NCBI GenBank assembly: GCA_048571215.1
Contig: CP182352.1
Coordinates: 3,264,001-3,328,000 of the forward strand
Source of the DNA: Halarcobacter sp.
GTDB lineage: Bacteria; Campylobacterota; Campylobacteria; Campylobacterales; Arcobacteraceae
DNA length: 64,000 nucleotides
Direction: 5' to 3'
Below the pieces are notes generated by a model. The model saw only the letters and a list, made by a program, of their open reading frames with translations. It had not been told where the DNA came from and searched no databases. The position numbers and the translations under genes were made by a program. Numbering within the stretch: position 1 is the stretch's first letter; each line of letters begins with the position of its first letter. Shown in pieces: positions 54,242 to 64,000 of this stretch.

Positions 54242-54772
54242 ACCGTTTTTTATTTTTGTGTAAACCTCTTCCCCTTTTAATACCTTTACTAATTCTAGTG
54301 CGAATGACATAGCAGTTGCTGGTCCTTTTGAGGTAATTACTTTTTCATCAACTACTACAATTTCATCAGCTAAATAGTTAGACGAATCAATTTTCTTTTC
54401 ATAACTTGGATAACAAGTGTAGTTTTCATTTAGCACATTTGCACAATGTAAGGCATATGGAGCTGCACAAATAGCTGCAACAAATTTTCCATCACTTTTG
54501 AATTTTTTTAAGGTTTCTTTAGTTAGAGAATCATTTGCAAGATTTGTTGCATTTTCTGCTCCACCTGGAAGAACAACCATATTAAATTCATCTATGTTTA
54601 TATCTTTCAATATACAATCAGCTTTTAATGTTATTCCATTTGCACCCTTTGTAAGAGTTTCATTTATTGTTGATATTGTAACTTTTATATCTGCTCTTCT
54701 TAATATATCTATTATAGAAACTGCCTCAATCTCTTCAAAACCAGAAGAGAGAATTATTAGTACTTTTGCCAT
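54221..54772 (-). CDS. DJ-1/YajL/ThiJ family protein
   Basis: GFEEIEA, VLPGG, AAICAAP, ITSKGPATA. Confidence 0.94.
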   Translation of the reverse strand: MAKVLIILSSGFEEIEAVSIIDILRRADIKVTISTINETLTKGANGITLKADCILKDINIDEFNMVVLPGGAENATNLANDSLTKETLKKFKSDGKFVAAICAAPYALHCANVLNENYTCYPSYEKKIDSSNYLADEIVVVDEKVITSKGPATAMSFALELVKVLKGEEVYTKIKNGLLANLL

Positions 54773-54906
54773 ATTTTTCACCTTTCTATTTTATTATTAT
54801 GATATTATCAAATATATACTCTATTTAAGGCTAAAACACAGCAGGTTTTAAGAATTTATAAGTTATTTTTAAATAAAATTTAAGCAATTATAAAAAGGGG
54901 AATTAT

Positions 54907-55674
54907 ATGATGAAAAGAATCTCTAAGGTAATCTTTATTGGTGTATTAGCTTTAGCATATACAGGTTGTCAATTTAAACAAACTGTAACACCACAAGAAG
55001 ATGGTTCATATAAAGTAAGTACATCATTATTTGGTTCTGATGAGTCAGGAACTAATGGGGGAGAAAAAACAAAAACTGATGGTAGTAAAACTCCTAATGG
55101 TTATATGACTGCTGATGTTAAAAAGTCAAATACAGATGTTCAAGTTACTAAAGAGTATATGAAGATTGCAAAGGATAAAGAGAGTCATATAACTACGCAA
55201 GCTACTTTAGAAGGTACAATAAACTCACTTGCTACACAAATGATGAGAAATAACAAGATGATTACTAAAAAGCCAGTACTTATCACTTCTTTTGTAAGAC
55301 TAGACAACTTTAAAAAAACAACTGAGTTTGGAAGGGTTGTTAGTGAAAGTTTGATTAATGAGATGTCAAATAGAGGTTTTAATATTATTGAATATAGAGG
55401 TCAATTGGCTGTTTCAGTAAATGAGCAAGGTGAATATTTCATTACAAGAAACCCTTATAAATTAAAAGATGAGATTCCAAATACTTATGTTGTTGTTGGA
55501 ACTTACTCAAGACAATATGGTAAAGTTATGTTAAATGCAAGAGTTATAGATAATGTAACAGGAAGAATTATTTCAACTGCAAGAGCTACATATCTACATA
55601 GTATGAGAAATGATTGTACACTATTTAGAGATTGTAAACCTGCAAGAACAATTAAAATCATACAAGAAAAATAA
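54907..55674 (+). CDS. FlgO-family outer-membrane lipoprotein
   Basis: Lipobox-like YTGC; TSFVRLDNF..TTEFGRVVSE, GEYFITR, VVGTYS, NARVID. Confidence 0.82.
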   Translation: MMKRISKVIFIGVLALAYTGCQFKQTVTPQEDGSYKVSTSLFGSDESGTNGGEKTKTDGSKTPNGYMTADVKKSNTDVQVTKEYMKIAKDKESHITTQATLEGTINSLATQMMRNNKMITKKPVLITSFVRLDNFKKTTEFGRVVSESLINEMSNRGFNIIEYRGQLAVSVNEQGEYFITRNPYKLKDEIPNTYVVVGTYSRQYGKVMLNARVIDNVTGRIISTARATYLHSMRNDCTLFRDCKPARTIKIIQEK

Positions 55675-55677
55675 TAT

Positions 55678-56298
55678 ATGAACCTTTTTAAATCAAAGGT
55701 ATTGAAATATTTTTTTATTTCAATACTTTCGATACTTTTATTTACTTCATGTAGTGTAAGTCAATCTAATAATTACGATAGTATGGTAAAAACATTTTCA
55801 GGGTCAAATAACTTTGAAACTTTTGTTAATCACTTAGTTATAAATTCAAGTAAAAAACTTAAACAACATCTTCTTAAAGATGATGTTGTTTTGGTATCAG
55901 ATTTTGTAAATTTAGATAAATTAAAAAATAGGTCAAAACTTGGGTTTTTATTATCTGATTATCTAAAAAATGCCTTATCAAATAATAATATTATTGTAAG
56001 ACAAGTTGAACTAAGAGAGAATTTTGCTTTAAACAATAGTGGTTTTAATCTTTTAACAAGGGATGCAAACAAAATACAAAGATCTTATGTAGATGTGGCA
56101 AAATATGCTGTTGTTGGTACTTATACTATAACGACAGAGAGTTTAATTGTATTTATTAAGCTGATTGATTTAAATACAGGAAATATTCTTAGCTCTTCTA
56201 GTAATAGAACTGCTCTTGATGATGAGATAATAGATTTAGAGAGTGTAAAGAAAGAAAATAAAAGAGAGATAGTTCTACCTCCCCATGTTGTCTTATAA
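55678..56298 (+). CDS. Second FlgO-family lipoprotein
   Basis: Lipobox FTSC; SDFVNLDKL..RSKLGFLLS, LLTRD, VVGTYT, KLIDLNTG. Confidence 0.8.
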   Translation: MNLFKSKVLKYFFISILSILLFTSCSVSQSNNYDSMVKTFSGSNNFETFVNHLVINSSKKLKQHLLKDDVVLVSDFVNLDKLKNRSKLGFLLSDYLKNALSNNNIIVRQVELRENFALNNSGFNLLTRDANKIQRSYVDVAKYAVVGTYTITTESLIVFIKLIDLNTGNILSSSSNRTALDDEIIDLESVKKENKREIVLPPHVVL

Positions 56299-57858
56299 GA
56301 TATCTTGAATTAAAAACTGGGGTGAAACTTCACCTCTAAATTCATTTTTGTTAACTGAAACTACCAAATCAATTTTATTGTTCATAATATTATCTTCTGC
56401 GTGAAATTTTAGAGCTTCAAATATAACTCCGTCGTTGTTTAATAGTAGTTTTAAATGGTTTTTATCTTTTCCAAAAAATTGAGATTTAACTATATTTGAG
56501 TTTGAGATTTTAAAAACTGGACGAGAATTTTGTAATCCATAAGGTTCAAACTTTTCAATAATATTTAAAAACTCTATATCAACACAAGAAATATCAAGTT
56601 CCCCTAATACATCCAATTCAATATGAAGTTCTTCTGGTTCAATATCAAGTAGTTTATTGATTCTTTGTTTAAACTCTTCCAGGTTTGAAGCTTTCATAGA
56701 TAGTCCAGCTGCATTTTTATGTCCCCCAAAGCCAATCAATAAATCGGAAGTTTCTTCTATGATAGAGTGTAGATTTATATTTGCATTTGCTCTTGCACTC
56801 CCTTTTGCTATTCCATTATTTATTGAGAATATAAAAGCAGGTTTTTTATAAGCATTTGATAACTTAGAAGCAACAATCCCAATAACCCCTTCATGCCAGT
56901 TTTCTCCCCAGACAATTACTGCATTATCATTAGCATTTGAGGCATCATTAGCTTTTCTTGAAATCTCTTCTTGCAAAGTTTTTCTATAGCAGTTTAATTC
57001 CTCAAGAAGTTGTAATGTTTCATTTGCTTCATATTCATTTGAAGCTAGTAAAAATGAAAGTGCTATTGAAGCATCATCCATTCTTCCTGCACTATTTATC
57101 TTTGGTGCAATAGTAAAACCAACATCATCAGAAACAAAAATATCTTTTTGCATCATCTCATTTATTTTTCTAAAAGCGGGTCTATTTGAAGTTTTTATCA
57201 TTTTTAATCCATGTCTAACCATGGTATAGTTTAGATTTGTCATAGGCATAATATCAGCGATAATAGCTATACATAAAAGATCAAAATAGCTTTGTAAATT
57301 TATATCAAGATTTAGTTCTTTTTTTATAGATGCACAAAAATACCATGCAACTTGAGCTCCACATATCTCTTTAAATGGAAAATTACAATCTTTTTGTTTA
57401 GGATTTATTATTGCTAATGCTTGGGGTATTTCATGACCAACAGTATGGTGATCAGTAATAATTAAATCAATCCCTTTTTGTTTTAGTCTATTGGCTGCTT
57501 CAACAGCTGAAATACCATTATCAACTGTGATTACAAGTCCAGAGTCTATCATATCTACAATCTTGGCAGATAAACCATAACCATGCTCAAATCTATTTGG
57601 GATTATATGATTAACTTCAATTCCAGCTTTTGAAAAAAAGTCAACGATAATAGCAGTTGATACAACTCCATCCACATCATAATCACCGACTATTGTGATA
57701 GTTTCTTTATTATTTATAGCTTCTTTAACTCTTTTAGAAGCTTTTTCTATATCTTTAAAACTATTTGGATTTGGTATATTTGAAAGACGAGTATATTTAT
57801 TACTTTCTTGACGTTTTGAAAGTATATTATATAACTCTTCTTTCGTAATTTTTTTCAT
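56293..57858 (-). CDS. recJ: Single-stranded DNA exonuclease RecJ
   Basis: GDYDVDG, TVDNG, TDHH, PKINSAGR, GSAR, FGGH..AAG. Confidence 0.96.
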   Translation of the reverse strand: MKKITKEELYNILSKRQESNKYTRLSNIPNPNSFKDIEKASKRVKEAINNKETITIVGDYDVDGVVSTAIIVDFFSKAGIEVNHIIPNRFEHGYGLSAKIVDMIDSGLVITVDNGISAVEAANRLKQKGIDLIITDHHTVGHEIPQALAIINPKQKDCNFPFKEICGAQVAWYFCASIKKELNLDINLQSYFDLLCIAIIADIMPMTNLNYTMVRHGLKMIKTSNRPAFRKINEMMQKDIFVSDDVGFTIAPKINSAGRMDDASIALSFLLASNEYEANETLQLLEELNCYRKTLQEEISRKANDASNANDNAVIVWGENWHEGVIGIVASKLSNAYKKPAFIFSINNGIAKGSARANANINLHSIIEETSDLLIGFGGHKNAAGLSMKASNLEEFKQRINKLLDIEPEELHIELDVLGELDISCVDIEFLNIIEKFEPYGLQNSRPVFKISNSNIVKSQFFGKDKNHLKLLLNNDGVIFEALKFHAEDNIMNNKIDLVVSVNKNEFRGEVSPQFLIQDIL

Positions 57859-57861
57859 CTA

Positions 57862-59475
57862 TTACTTATTTGCTAATTGTTTAACAAATTCTAAAATGAT
57901 AGGATTTGGAGTTTCTAAGTGAGAAGTAAATTCTGGGTGGAATTGTACCCCAACAAACCATTGGTGCTCTTTTAATTCTACAGCTTCAATTAGACCATTT
58001 GATTCTCCAGAGACTATCAATCCTTGGGCTTCTAATCTATCTTTATATGCAGGGTTTGCTTCATATCTATGTCTATGTCTTTCATAATAAATCTCATCGT
58101 TACCATAAGCTTTTTGAAGTTTTGTTCCCTTTTTTGGCTCAAATGGGTATTCCCCTAGTCTCATAGTACCACCCATTGGTGACTCATGTGTTCTTAGTTG
58201 TTTATTTCCACTTTGGTCAATAAACTCATCAATTAGATAAATAACTGCTTCTTTACACTCTTCATCAAACTCAATAGAGTTTGCTTCTTCAATACCCAAT
58301 ACATTTCTAGCAAACTCTACAATAGCAAGTTGCATACCTAGACAGATACCAAGATAAGGGATATTGTTCTCTCTAGCATATTTTATAGCTGCAAGTTTAC
58401 CCTCTACTCCTCTGTGTCCAAATCCACCTGCAACTAAAATTCCATCAGAGTTTCCTATAATATCATAGGCTCCTACATCTTCTATTCTTTCACTATCACA
58501 CCAGTGTATATTTACTTTTATATTTAAGTGAGCACCAGCATGAATCAAAGCTTCAATTAGTGATTTATATGATTCTTTCAAATCCAAATACTTACCAACA
58601 AAAGCAATAGTAACTTCACCTTGAGGAATAAGAATGTTTTTAACTAAAGTATCCCATTTTTCCATACTTGGTTTAATTTTGATAAAGAAATGTTCTGATA
58701 AGGCATTTAAAATTCCCTCTTTTATAAAATGAAGTGGTACTTGATAAATCGATTGAGCATCACCAGCTTCAATAACTGCTTTTTTATCAATATCACATGA
58801 TAGGGCAAGCTTATCTTTTAAATTTTTAGGAAGAGGTCTTTCTGTTCTACATACAAGCATATGAGGAGTAATACCAATTCTTCTTAACTCTTGAACTGAG
58901 TGTTGTGTAGGTTTTGTTTTAAGTTCACCTGCTGCTTTAATATAAGGCACTAAAGTAACATGGATATTCATAGTATTTGTTTTTGGAAGTTCATGTCGTA
59001 TAGCTCTAATTGCTTCCATAAAAGGTAAGCCTTCAATATCACCAACAGTACCACCAAGTTCTATTATTAAAAACTCATTATCATCAGCTGCTGCGTAGAT
59101 TCTATCTTTGATTTCGTCAACTACATGGGGAATAATTTGTATAGTTTTACCTAAATATCCACCCTCTCTTTCTCTTTTAATAACACTTTGGTAAACTTGT
59201 CCTGTAGTAAAAGAGTTTTTAGCTGTCAAAGTTTGGTCAATAAATCTTTCATAATTACCTAAATCAAGATCTGTTTCAGCACCATCTGCTGTTACAAATA
59301 CTTCCCCATGCTCTAATGGGCTCATTGTCCCTGGGTCTACGTTTAAATATGGGTCAATTTTTAACATTGATACTTTAAACCCAGATTGTTTTAAAATTGT
59401 TGCAATAGATGCAGAAGTGATACCTTTACCAAGTGAGCTTAATACCCCACCAGTTACAAATATAAATTTAGTCAT
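57862..59475 (-). CDS. pyrG: CTP synthase
   Basis: [47 protein letters not shown]. Confidence 0.98.
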   Translation of the reverse strand: MTKFIFVTGGVLSSLGKGITSASIATILKQSGFKVSMLKIDPYLNVDPGTMSPLEHGEVFVTADGAETDLDLGNYERFIDQTLTAKNSFTTGQVYQSVIKREREGGYLGKTIQIIPHVVDEIKDRIYAAADDNEFLIIELGGTVGDIEGLPFMEAIRAIRHELPKTNTMNIHVTLVPYIKAAGELKTKPTQHSVQELRRIGITPHMLVCRTERPLPKNLKDKLALSCDIDKKAVIEAGDAQSIYQVPLHFIKEGILNALSEHFFIKIKPSMEKWDTLVKNILIPQGEVTIAFVGKYLDLKESYKSLIEALIHAGAHLNIKVNIHWCDSERIEDVGAYDIIGNSDGILVAGGFGHRGVEGKLAAIKYARENNIPYLGICLGMQLAIVEFARNVLGIEEANSIEFDEECKEAVIYLIDEFIDQSGNKQLRTHESPMGGTMRLGEYPFEPKKGTKLQKAYGNDEIYYERHRHRYEANPAYKDRLEAQGLIVSGESNGLIEAVELKEHQWFVGVQFHPEFTSHLETPNPIILEFVKQLANK

Positions 59476-59558
59476 TATGAAAAACTCCGTATAATTGTGT
59501 AAATAGATTGTATATGATTTATTGGGGGATTATATCCAAAGGATGGTTAATATGTAGT

Positions 59559-59590
59559 TAAAGAAAGAAGAGAAATCTCTTCTTTCTTTA
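59559..59590 (-). terminator. Hairpin at the ccoG stop
   Basis: TAAAGAAAGAAGAGA-AA-TCTCTTCTTTCTTTA. Confidence 0.7.
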
Positions 59591-60973
59591 TTTATTTAAT
59601 TTATCTGCTCTTGGGAAGATAAATACAGCTTTTCTTAACACAGAAATTTTTTCTGGCTCATCTACTGCATAAGCTCTAATTGTAACAGTTATTGGTGTAT
59701 CTTTTGTAACATCATTTACTAAAAGTTTATCAGTAGATAAAATTACAACTTTTTTTGCTAACTTTTTAGGACTTAATTTAAATGGTTTAAATCTTTTTAT
59801 TTTAATATCGTTATGATCTATAATCTCTAAATTATAAGTATGTGGTTTTGAATCTGTATTTTGAAATAAAAATAAGAAGTTATTTGAAACAACATTACCC
59901 TCTTTAATTTTATAAAGTTGTGTGGTTTTATTTACATTTAGAAGCATATGCTCTTTTTCTCCACCCATTACAAAAAGTAAAGCTAAAATTACAACTAAAG
60001 CTACACTATACATTATTGTAGATTTTCTTATTATTTTAGTTGGTTCATTATTTTTGATTTGGTTTGTACTAGTCCATTGTACTAACGATTCTTTTCCTAA
60101 TTTACCCATAACTGTAGTACAGGCATCAACACACTCTAAACAGTTGATACATTCAAGTTGTAAACCTTTTCTAATATCAATATGTGTAGGACATACAGTT
60201 ACACAAGATTCACAGGTTGTACATTCATTTGTTGGGTCTGGTAAATCTTTTTGTTTGAAAATAATTTTTTCTCTCTTATCATTGTAAATATCCCCACCTC
60301 TATTTGTTGAATAGATTGCTTGATATGTATTATCATCATATAAAACTGATTGCACTCTAGAGTAAGGACATACATAAACACAAAAATCCTCTTTCATCCA
60401 AATAACATCATATACTAAGAAACCTGCTATTATTAAAACAAAGCCTATTAAAAAGTAGTGTTCCGTTGGGTTTTGTAAATATGCAAAAAAATCTTCAGGA
60501 GGAACAAAATACCACATAAAATCAGCAGCTGCTATAAGTGATAAGGCAGTCCAAATTAAAATTGCAAGAACTTTTTTTGATGCATTTTCTGGTTTTTTCC
60601 AATTAGGTTCTTTTTGTTTATTTTTAATTCTTCTAAGACCTAGAAGTTTACTCTCAATAAAATCTCGATAGATTACTCTAAATATTGTTTGTGGACATGC
60701 CCATCCACACCATGCTCTTCCTCCTATTGCAGTTACTGCAAATATACCTAAAAATAGCAGCATTAACAAAAATGGCATTAGATATAACTCTTGCATATCA
60801 AATGCTACTCCCATTAGATGTAATTGTTTTTTATCAAATGATAGTAAAAATAAGTGATTACCATCAATCCTAATAAATGGGATTACTAAAGCTACTATGG
60901 TTGCAAGTGCATATGCATAGTATCTTTTTATCCTATATGGGCTTTTTTTTACCGCTGTTGTAGTTCCTTCCAT
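59588..60973 (-). CDS. ccoG: Cytochrome c oxidase accessory protein CcoG/FixG
   Basis: GRAWCGWACPQT, FCVYVCPY, CTTCESCVTVCP, CINCLECVDAC. Confidence 0.95.
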   Translation of the reverse strand: MEGTTTAVKKSPYRIKRYYAYALATIVALVIPFIRIDGNHLFLLSFDKKQLHLMGVAFDMQELYLMPFLLMLLFLGIFAVTAIGGRAWCGWACPQTIFRVIYRDFIESKLLGLRRIKNKQKEPNWKKPENASKKVLAILIWTALSLIAAADFMWYFVPPEDFFAYLQNPTEHYFLIGFVLIIAGFLVYDVIWMKEDFCVYVCPYSRVQSVLYDDNTYQAIYSTNRGGDIYNDKREKIIFKQKDLPDPTNECTTCESCVTVCPTHIDIRKGLQLECINCLECVDACTTVMGKLGKESLVQWTSTNQIKNNEPTKIIRKSTIMYSVALVVILALLFVMGGEKEHMLLNVNKTTQLYKIKEGNVVSNNFLFLFQNTDSKPHTYNLEIIDHNDIKIKRFKPFKLSPKKLAKKVVILSTDKLLVNDVTKDTPITVTIRAYAVDEPEKISVLRKAVFIFPRADKLNK

Positions 60974-61058
60974 TTTCTAATCCTATATCTTTTTTGTAAT
61001 TTTATATAAAGCAACCTTATAATAAGCATAAACTATTATAAGTATAGATTATAATAAA

Positions 61059-61892
61059 CTATTTTGATAACTTTTTGTAAAGTTCTATTTTCTCAGCTAT
61101 CTGGCTTTTTATACTAGATATATCAAATTTATTTATTTGATTTATTTTAGGATAATTCTTAGTTATATTGTCAAATAATTCAATTGCTTCAGTAATCGAA
61201 TTGGTTTTTATTGTTGGTAGATTAAGTTTATTGATTATCTCTTCATCATAAACTTTATCATCTCTTTTTAATAAAACTGCCTTATTGCCACAAGCTATAG
61301 ATTCAATACATCCATTTAAAGAGGCACTTAATAGAAATTTACTACTTTGTATTGAGTTAATATACTCCTCTTCTTCTAATATTGTGTTGAAACTATCTGC
61401 TAATAGTTTTTCATTACCTAAAAAAAAGTAGTGTCCCCAAAGTAAAGGAATATCTATATCTTTTACATCTTCACACATATCCAATAAGAGGTTATTATAA
61501 TCATCATCTCCAAAAAATATCAACTTTTCTATTGTTTGATTTTTTTGTGGATAAAAAAACTCTTCATCTATTAAAGTATATGGTATATCTTCAGGGAATT
61601 TATAAAGTAAAGTACAAAACTCTTTCATATGTTCTTGCATAAACTCACTAGCTTCATCACTATCATAGATTAAAATATCTCCCCTTTGCATTATATTTGG
61701 AAGATTTGACAAAATATCAACAGATACATATTTTTTTATACCAAGCACCTCTTTTGCGTATGCTCCAGCTCTAAAATCACAAGTGCATAAAATAGGGTCA
61801 TACTCTTTTATAAATTTTGAAAAAGCGGAGCATCTTCTAGTGGCATCAAGCCCAATAGCATGGCCACTCTTAGCATATAGATAAATTTTCAT
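61059..61892 (-). CDS. Hypothetical protein, weak PseG/SpsG-like (GT-B) N-terminus
   Basis: YLYAKSGHAIGLDATRRC echoes the IGxGHxxRC motif but lacks its His; AAGGA RBS. Confidence 0.6.
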   Translation of the reverse strand: MKIYLYAKSGHAIGLDATRRCSAFSKFIKEYDPILCTCDFRAGAYAKEVLGIKKYVSVDILSNLPNIMQRGDILIYDSDEASEFMQEHMKEFCTLLYKFPEDIPYTLIDEEFFYPQKNQTIEKLIFFGDDDYNNLLLDMCEDVKDIDIPLLWGHYFFLGNEKLLADSFNTILEEEEYINSIQSSKFLLSASLNGCIESIACGNKAVLLKRDDKVYDEEIINKLNLPTIKTNSITEAIELFDNITKNYPKINQINKFDISSIKSQIAEKIELYKKLSK

Positions 61893-62086
61893 TATTTTCC
61901 TTTTGAAAGTGATACAATAAAAGTGATAAGAAGACTATTTATTGTAAGGTAGATTGATTTTTCGAGATTTTACAATATAGTTAGTTAAACTCCACAATTA
62001 GAGTATGATATAAAAATAATTTTAATGATATTAAATTTAATTTAAACTTTCTTATATAAAATAGATTTTTTAAAATAAGGTTCAAG

Positions 62087-62977
62087 ATGAAATCTCAAAC
62101 AGCTGCATATAAATATGCATTATTGGCAATTTTTTTATGGTCTACAGTAGCTTCTGCTTTTAAAGTAGCACTTATGTATCTAACACCTTATGAATTAGTT
62201 TTTTATGCAGTTTTAACATCAACTATTACACTTTTTATTATAGTACTTTATCAAAAAAAAATAAGTGTTGTAAAAGAACATATAAAAAGCAATTTTAAAT
62301 CTACACTTTTATTAGGAGTAATTAATCCTTTTTTATACTATATTGTTTTATTTAAAGCTTATGATTTATTGCCAGCTCAAGAAGCACAGGCTATTAACTA
62401 CACTTGGGCATTAATGTTAGCATTATTATCTGTTGTTTTTTTAAAGCAAAAACTTACTTTAAATGATATTGTTGCAGGAATTGTTTGTTACTTTGGAGTT
62501 TTGATAATATCAACAAAGGGTGAGCCTTTCTCTTTAAACTTCTCAAACCTTGATGGAGTAGGCTTAGCATTGTTTTCTACTATATTATGGTCTATGTATT
62601 GGATTTTTAATACTAAGTCAAAAGTTGAACCTATAGTGGGACTATTTTCGAACTTTTTAGTCTCTTTGCCTATCATCTTTATATTCTTGATTTTATCTCA
62701 ACCTTTACAAATACCACATATAAATGGGATATTTGCTGGTATTTATGTTGGACTATTTGAGATGGGAATCACCTTTTTATTTTGGTTAAATGCAATGCAA
62801 AAAGCAATTTCAACTTCAAAAATTGCAAATTTGATTTTTATTTCACCTTTTTTATCTTTAGTTTTTATTCATCTAATAGTTGGTGAAGAGATATATATTT
62901 CTACTGTTTTTGGATTAACTACAATTATCTTTGGTTTGATAATTCAACAACTAAAAACAAAAAAAAATCAAGTTTAA
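62087..62977 (+). CDS. DMT/EamA-family transporter
   Basis: WSTVASAFK, NPFLYY..LFKAY..LPAQEAQ.INYTW; about 10 TM segments. Confidence 0.92.
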   Translation: MKSQTAAYKYALLAIFLWSTVASAFKVALMYLTPYELVFYAVLTSTITLFIIVLYQKKISVVKEHIKSNFKSTLLLGVINPFLYYIVLFKAYDLLPAQEAQAINYTWALMLALLSVVFLKQKLTLNDIVAGIVCYFGVLIISTKGEPFSLNFSNLDGVGLALFSTILWSMYWIFNTKSKVEPIVGLFSNFLVSLPIIFIFLILSQPLQIPHINGIFAGIYVGLFEMGITFLFWLNAMQKAISTSKIANLIFISPFLSLVFIHLIVGEEIYISTVFGLTTIIFGLIIQQLKTKKNQV

Positions 62978-63203
62978 GAATTAAAAAATAGCATTAGAAT
63001 AGCAATTTAGCAAAAAATCATAAAAAAATCATATTTTGTATATTTTATATACAATAATTGTCTTATATTTATACATTGAGATAAAAATGTTTCAAAATTA
63101 CACTAAAATCATCAGAATTTTTTAAGTTTTTATGTGAAATAATGATTAAGTTAAAATGGTAGTACAAAAAGTATTACTAATAAATCATTAGAAAGATTTA
63201 ACA

Positions 63204-63443
63204 ATGGCGAAGCAAAGAAATAAAAGAAGTGTAATCAAAAAAGTTATAAATAATCATTTAAATGGAAATAAAAAAGAGATATCTCAATTAACTATTAAAA
63301 TAGATAAAAAACTTGATGAAGCATTAATAGTTTTAAGTCAGTCATTAAATATTTCAAAAAATAGATTGATTGAAGATATACTTTTTGAAAGTGGAATAAT
63401 TCAAGAAGTAGATGAAAATTATGTTGGAGATGATAATGAATAA
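63204..63443 (+). CDS. Putative ribbon-helix-helix DNA-binding protein
   Basis: QLTIKIDKKLDEALIVLSQSLNISKNRLIEDIL fits the RHH pattern. Confidence 0.72.
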   Translation: MAKQRNKRSVIKKVINNHLNGNKKEISQLTIKIDKKLDEALIVLSQSLNISKNRLIEDILFESGIIQEVDENYVGDDNE

Positions 63444-64000
63444 CTTTCCTAAGAAAGATGATGTAATCAATGCAGTTTTAAAAGGCTTAAGTGCTGCAAA
63501 AAAGAATTACACTTTTTGGACATGTGATGAATTATATCTATCTTATGCTCCATCAAAATTTCTTTCTATTCATGTTGCACAAGAGATTGGAAAACTAAAA
63601 GATGCGCCAGAGATTTTTATAGACGCAACTGTTTCAGATATTCTTAGATGTTCACTACCAAATAGAACAGCTTTTAGAGAGTTTATGAAGAGTAAATATA
63701 TAATGGATAGAACTTTATGTTTAACATTAGATGAAAGATTTGAACATAAAAGTGATAATGATTCAATCTCAAAAGTGATTATGTGTTTAAAAAATGGAGT
63801 ACGAAATGTACAACAAGAGTATTTAGATGATATTGAAGTTATGTGTAAAATGCTTGAAAGAGATAATCATGAAGATACAACCTTAGATTATGGGGTATTT
63901 GGATTTTATCTAGATATTTCAAGTAGTGCAAGAAAAAAAGCTCAAGTTAGAGTTGATTCTATTATTGAATCATTTGATAATATAGTAAAAAAGTATAAAA
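63436..64000 (+). CDS. Hypothetical protein, truncated by the window end
   Basis: ATG at 63436 after GGAG; open frame MNNFPKKDDVINAVLKGLSAAKKNYTFW... to the window end; overlaps the RHH gene by 8 nt. Confidence 0.8.
   Translation, partial: MNNFPKKDDVINAVLKGLSAAKKNYTFWTCDELYLSYAPSKFLSIHVAQEIGKLKDAPEIFIDATVSDILRCSLPNRTAFREFMKSKYIMDRTLCLTLDERFEHKSDNDSISKVIMCLKNGVRNVQQEYLDDIEVMCKMLERDNHEDTTLDYGVFGFYLDISSSARKKAQVRVDSIIESFDNIVKKYK

Overview
AT-rich chromosomal window from a Campylobacterota bacterium, most likely Arcobacteraceae (judged from the 16S/23S sequence and gene set). It holds an assimilatory sulfate-reduction/cysteine operon (metY-like, Rrf2/CymR-like, cysK, DUF2061, cysH, cysD, cysN, sulfite reductase), two SBP-fused signalling proteins, a MoxR-type AAA/vWA pair, and one complete rRNA operon (16S, tRNA-Ile, tRNA-Ala, 23S, 5S). 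It also carries housekeeping genes such as ung, pyrE, frr, secG, rpsU, moaC, surE, dnaE, recJ, pyrG and ccoG. No CRISPR array, prophage or intact transposase is visible. The most interesting signals are: (1) a four-helix-bundle (23S-IVP/Avd-like) gene between cysD and cysN, bracketed by three arrays of one heptamer in inverted orientation, one of which is translated as the CysN N-terminus; (2) a divergent plcP-like/patatin and GT4 glycosyltransferase locus with back-to-back Pho-box-like repeats, a candidate phosphate-starvation lipid-remodelling system; (3) a ~119-bp nested-hairpin element beside an orphan ORF and a decayed antitoxin; (4) a vWA partner whose metallopeptidase motif is degenerate; and (5) a Rof-like gene coupled to a minimal WYL-like ORF. 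All family calls come from motif recognition by eye, not from database searches.
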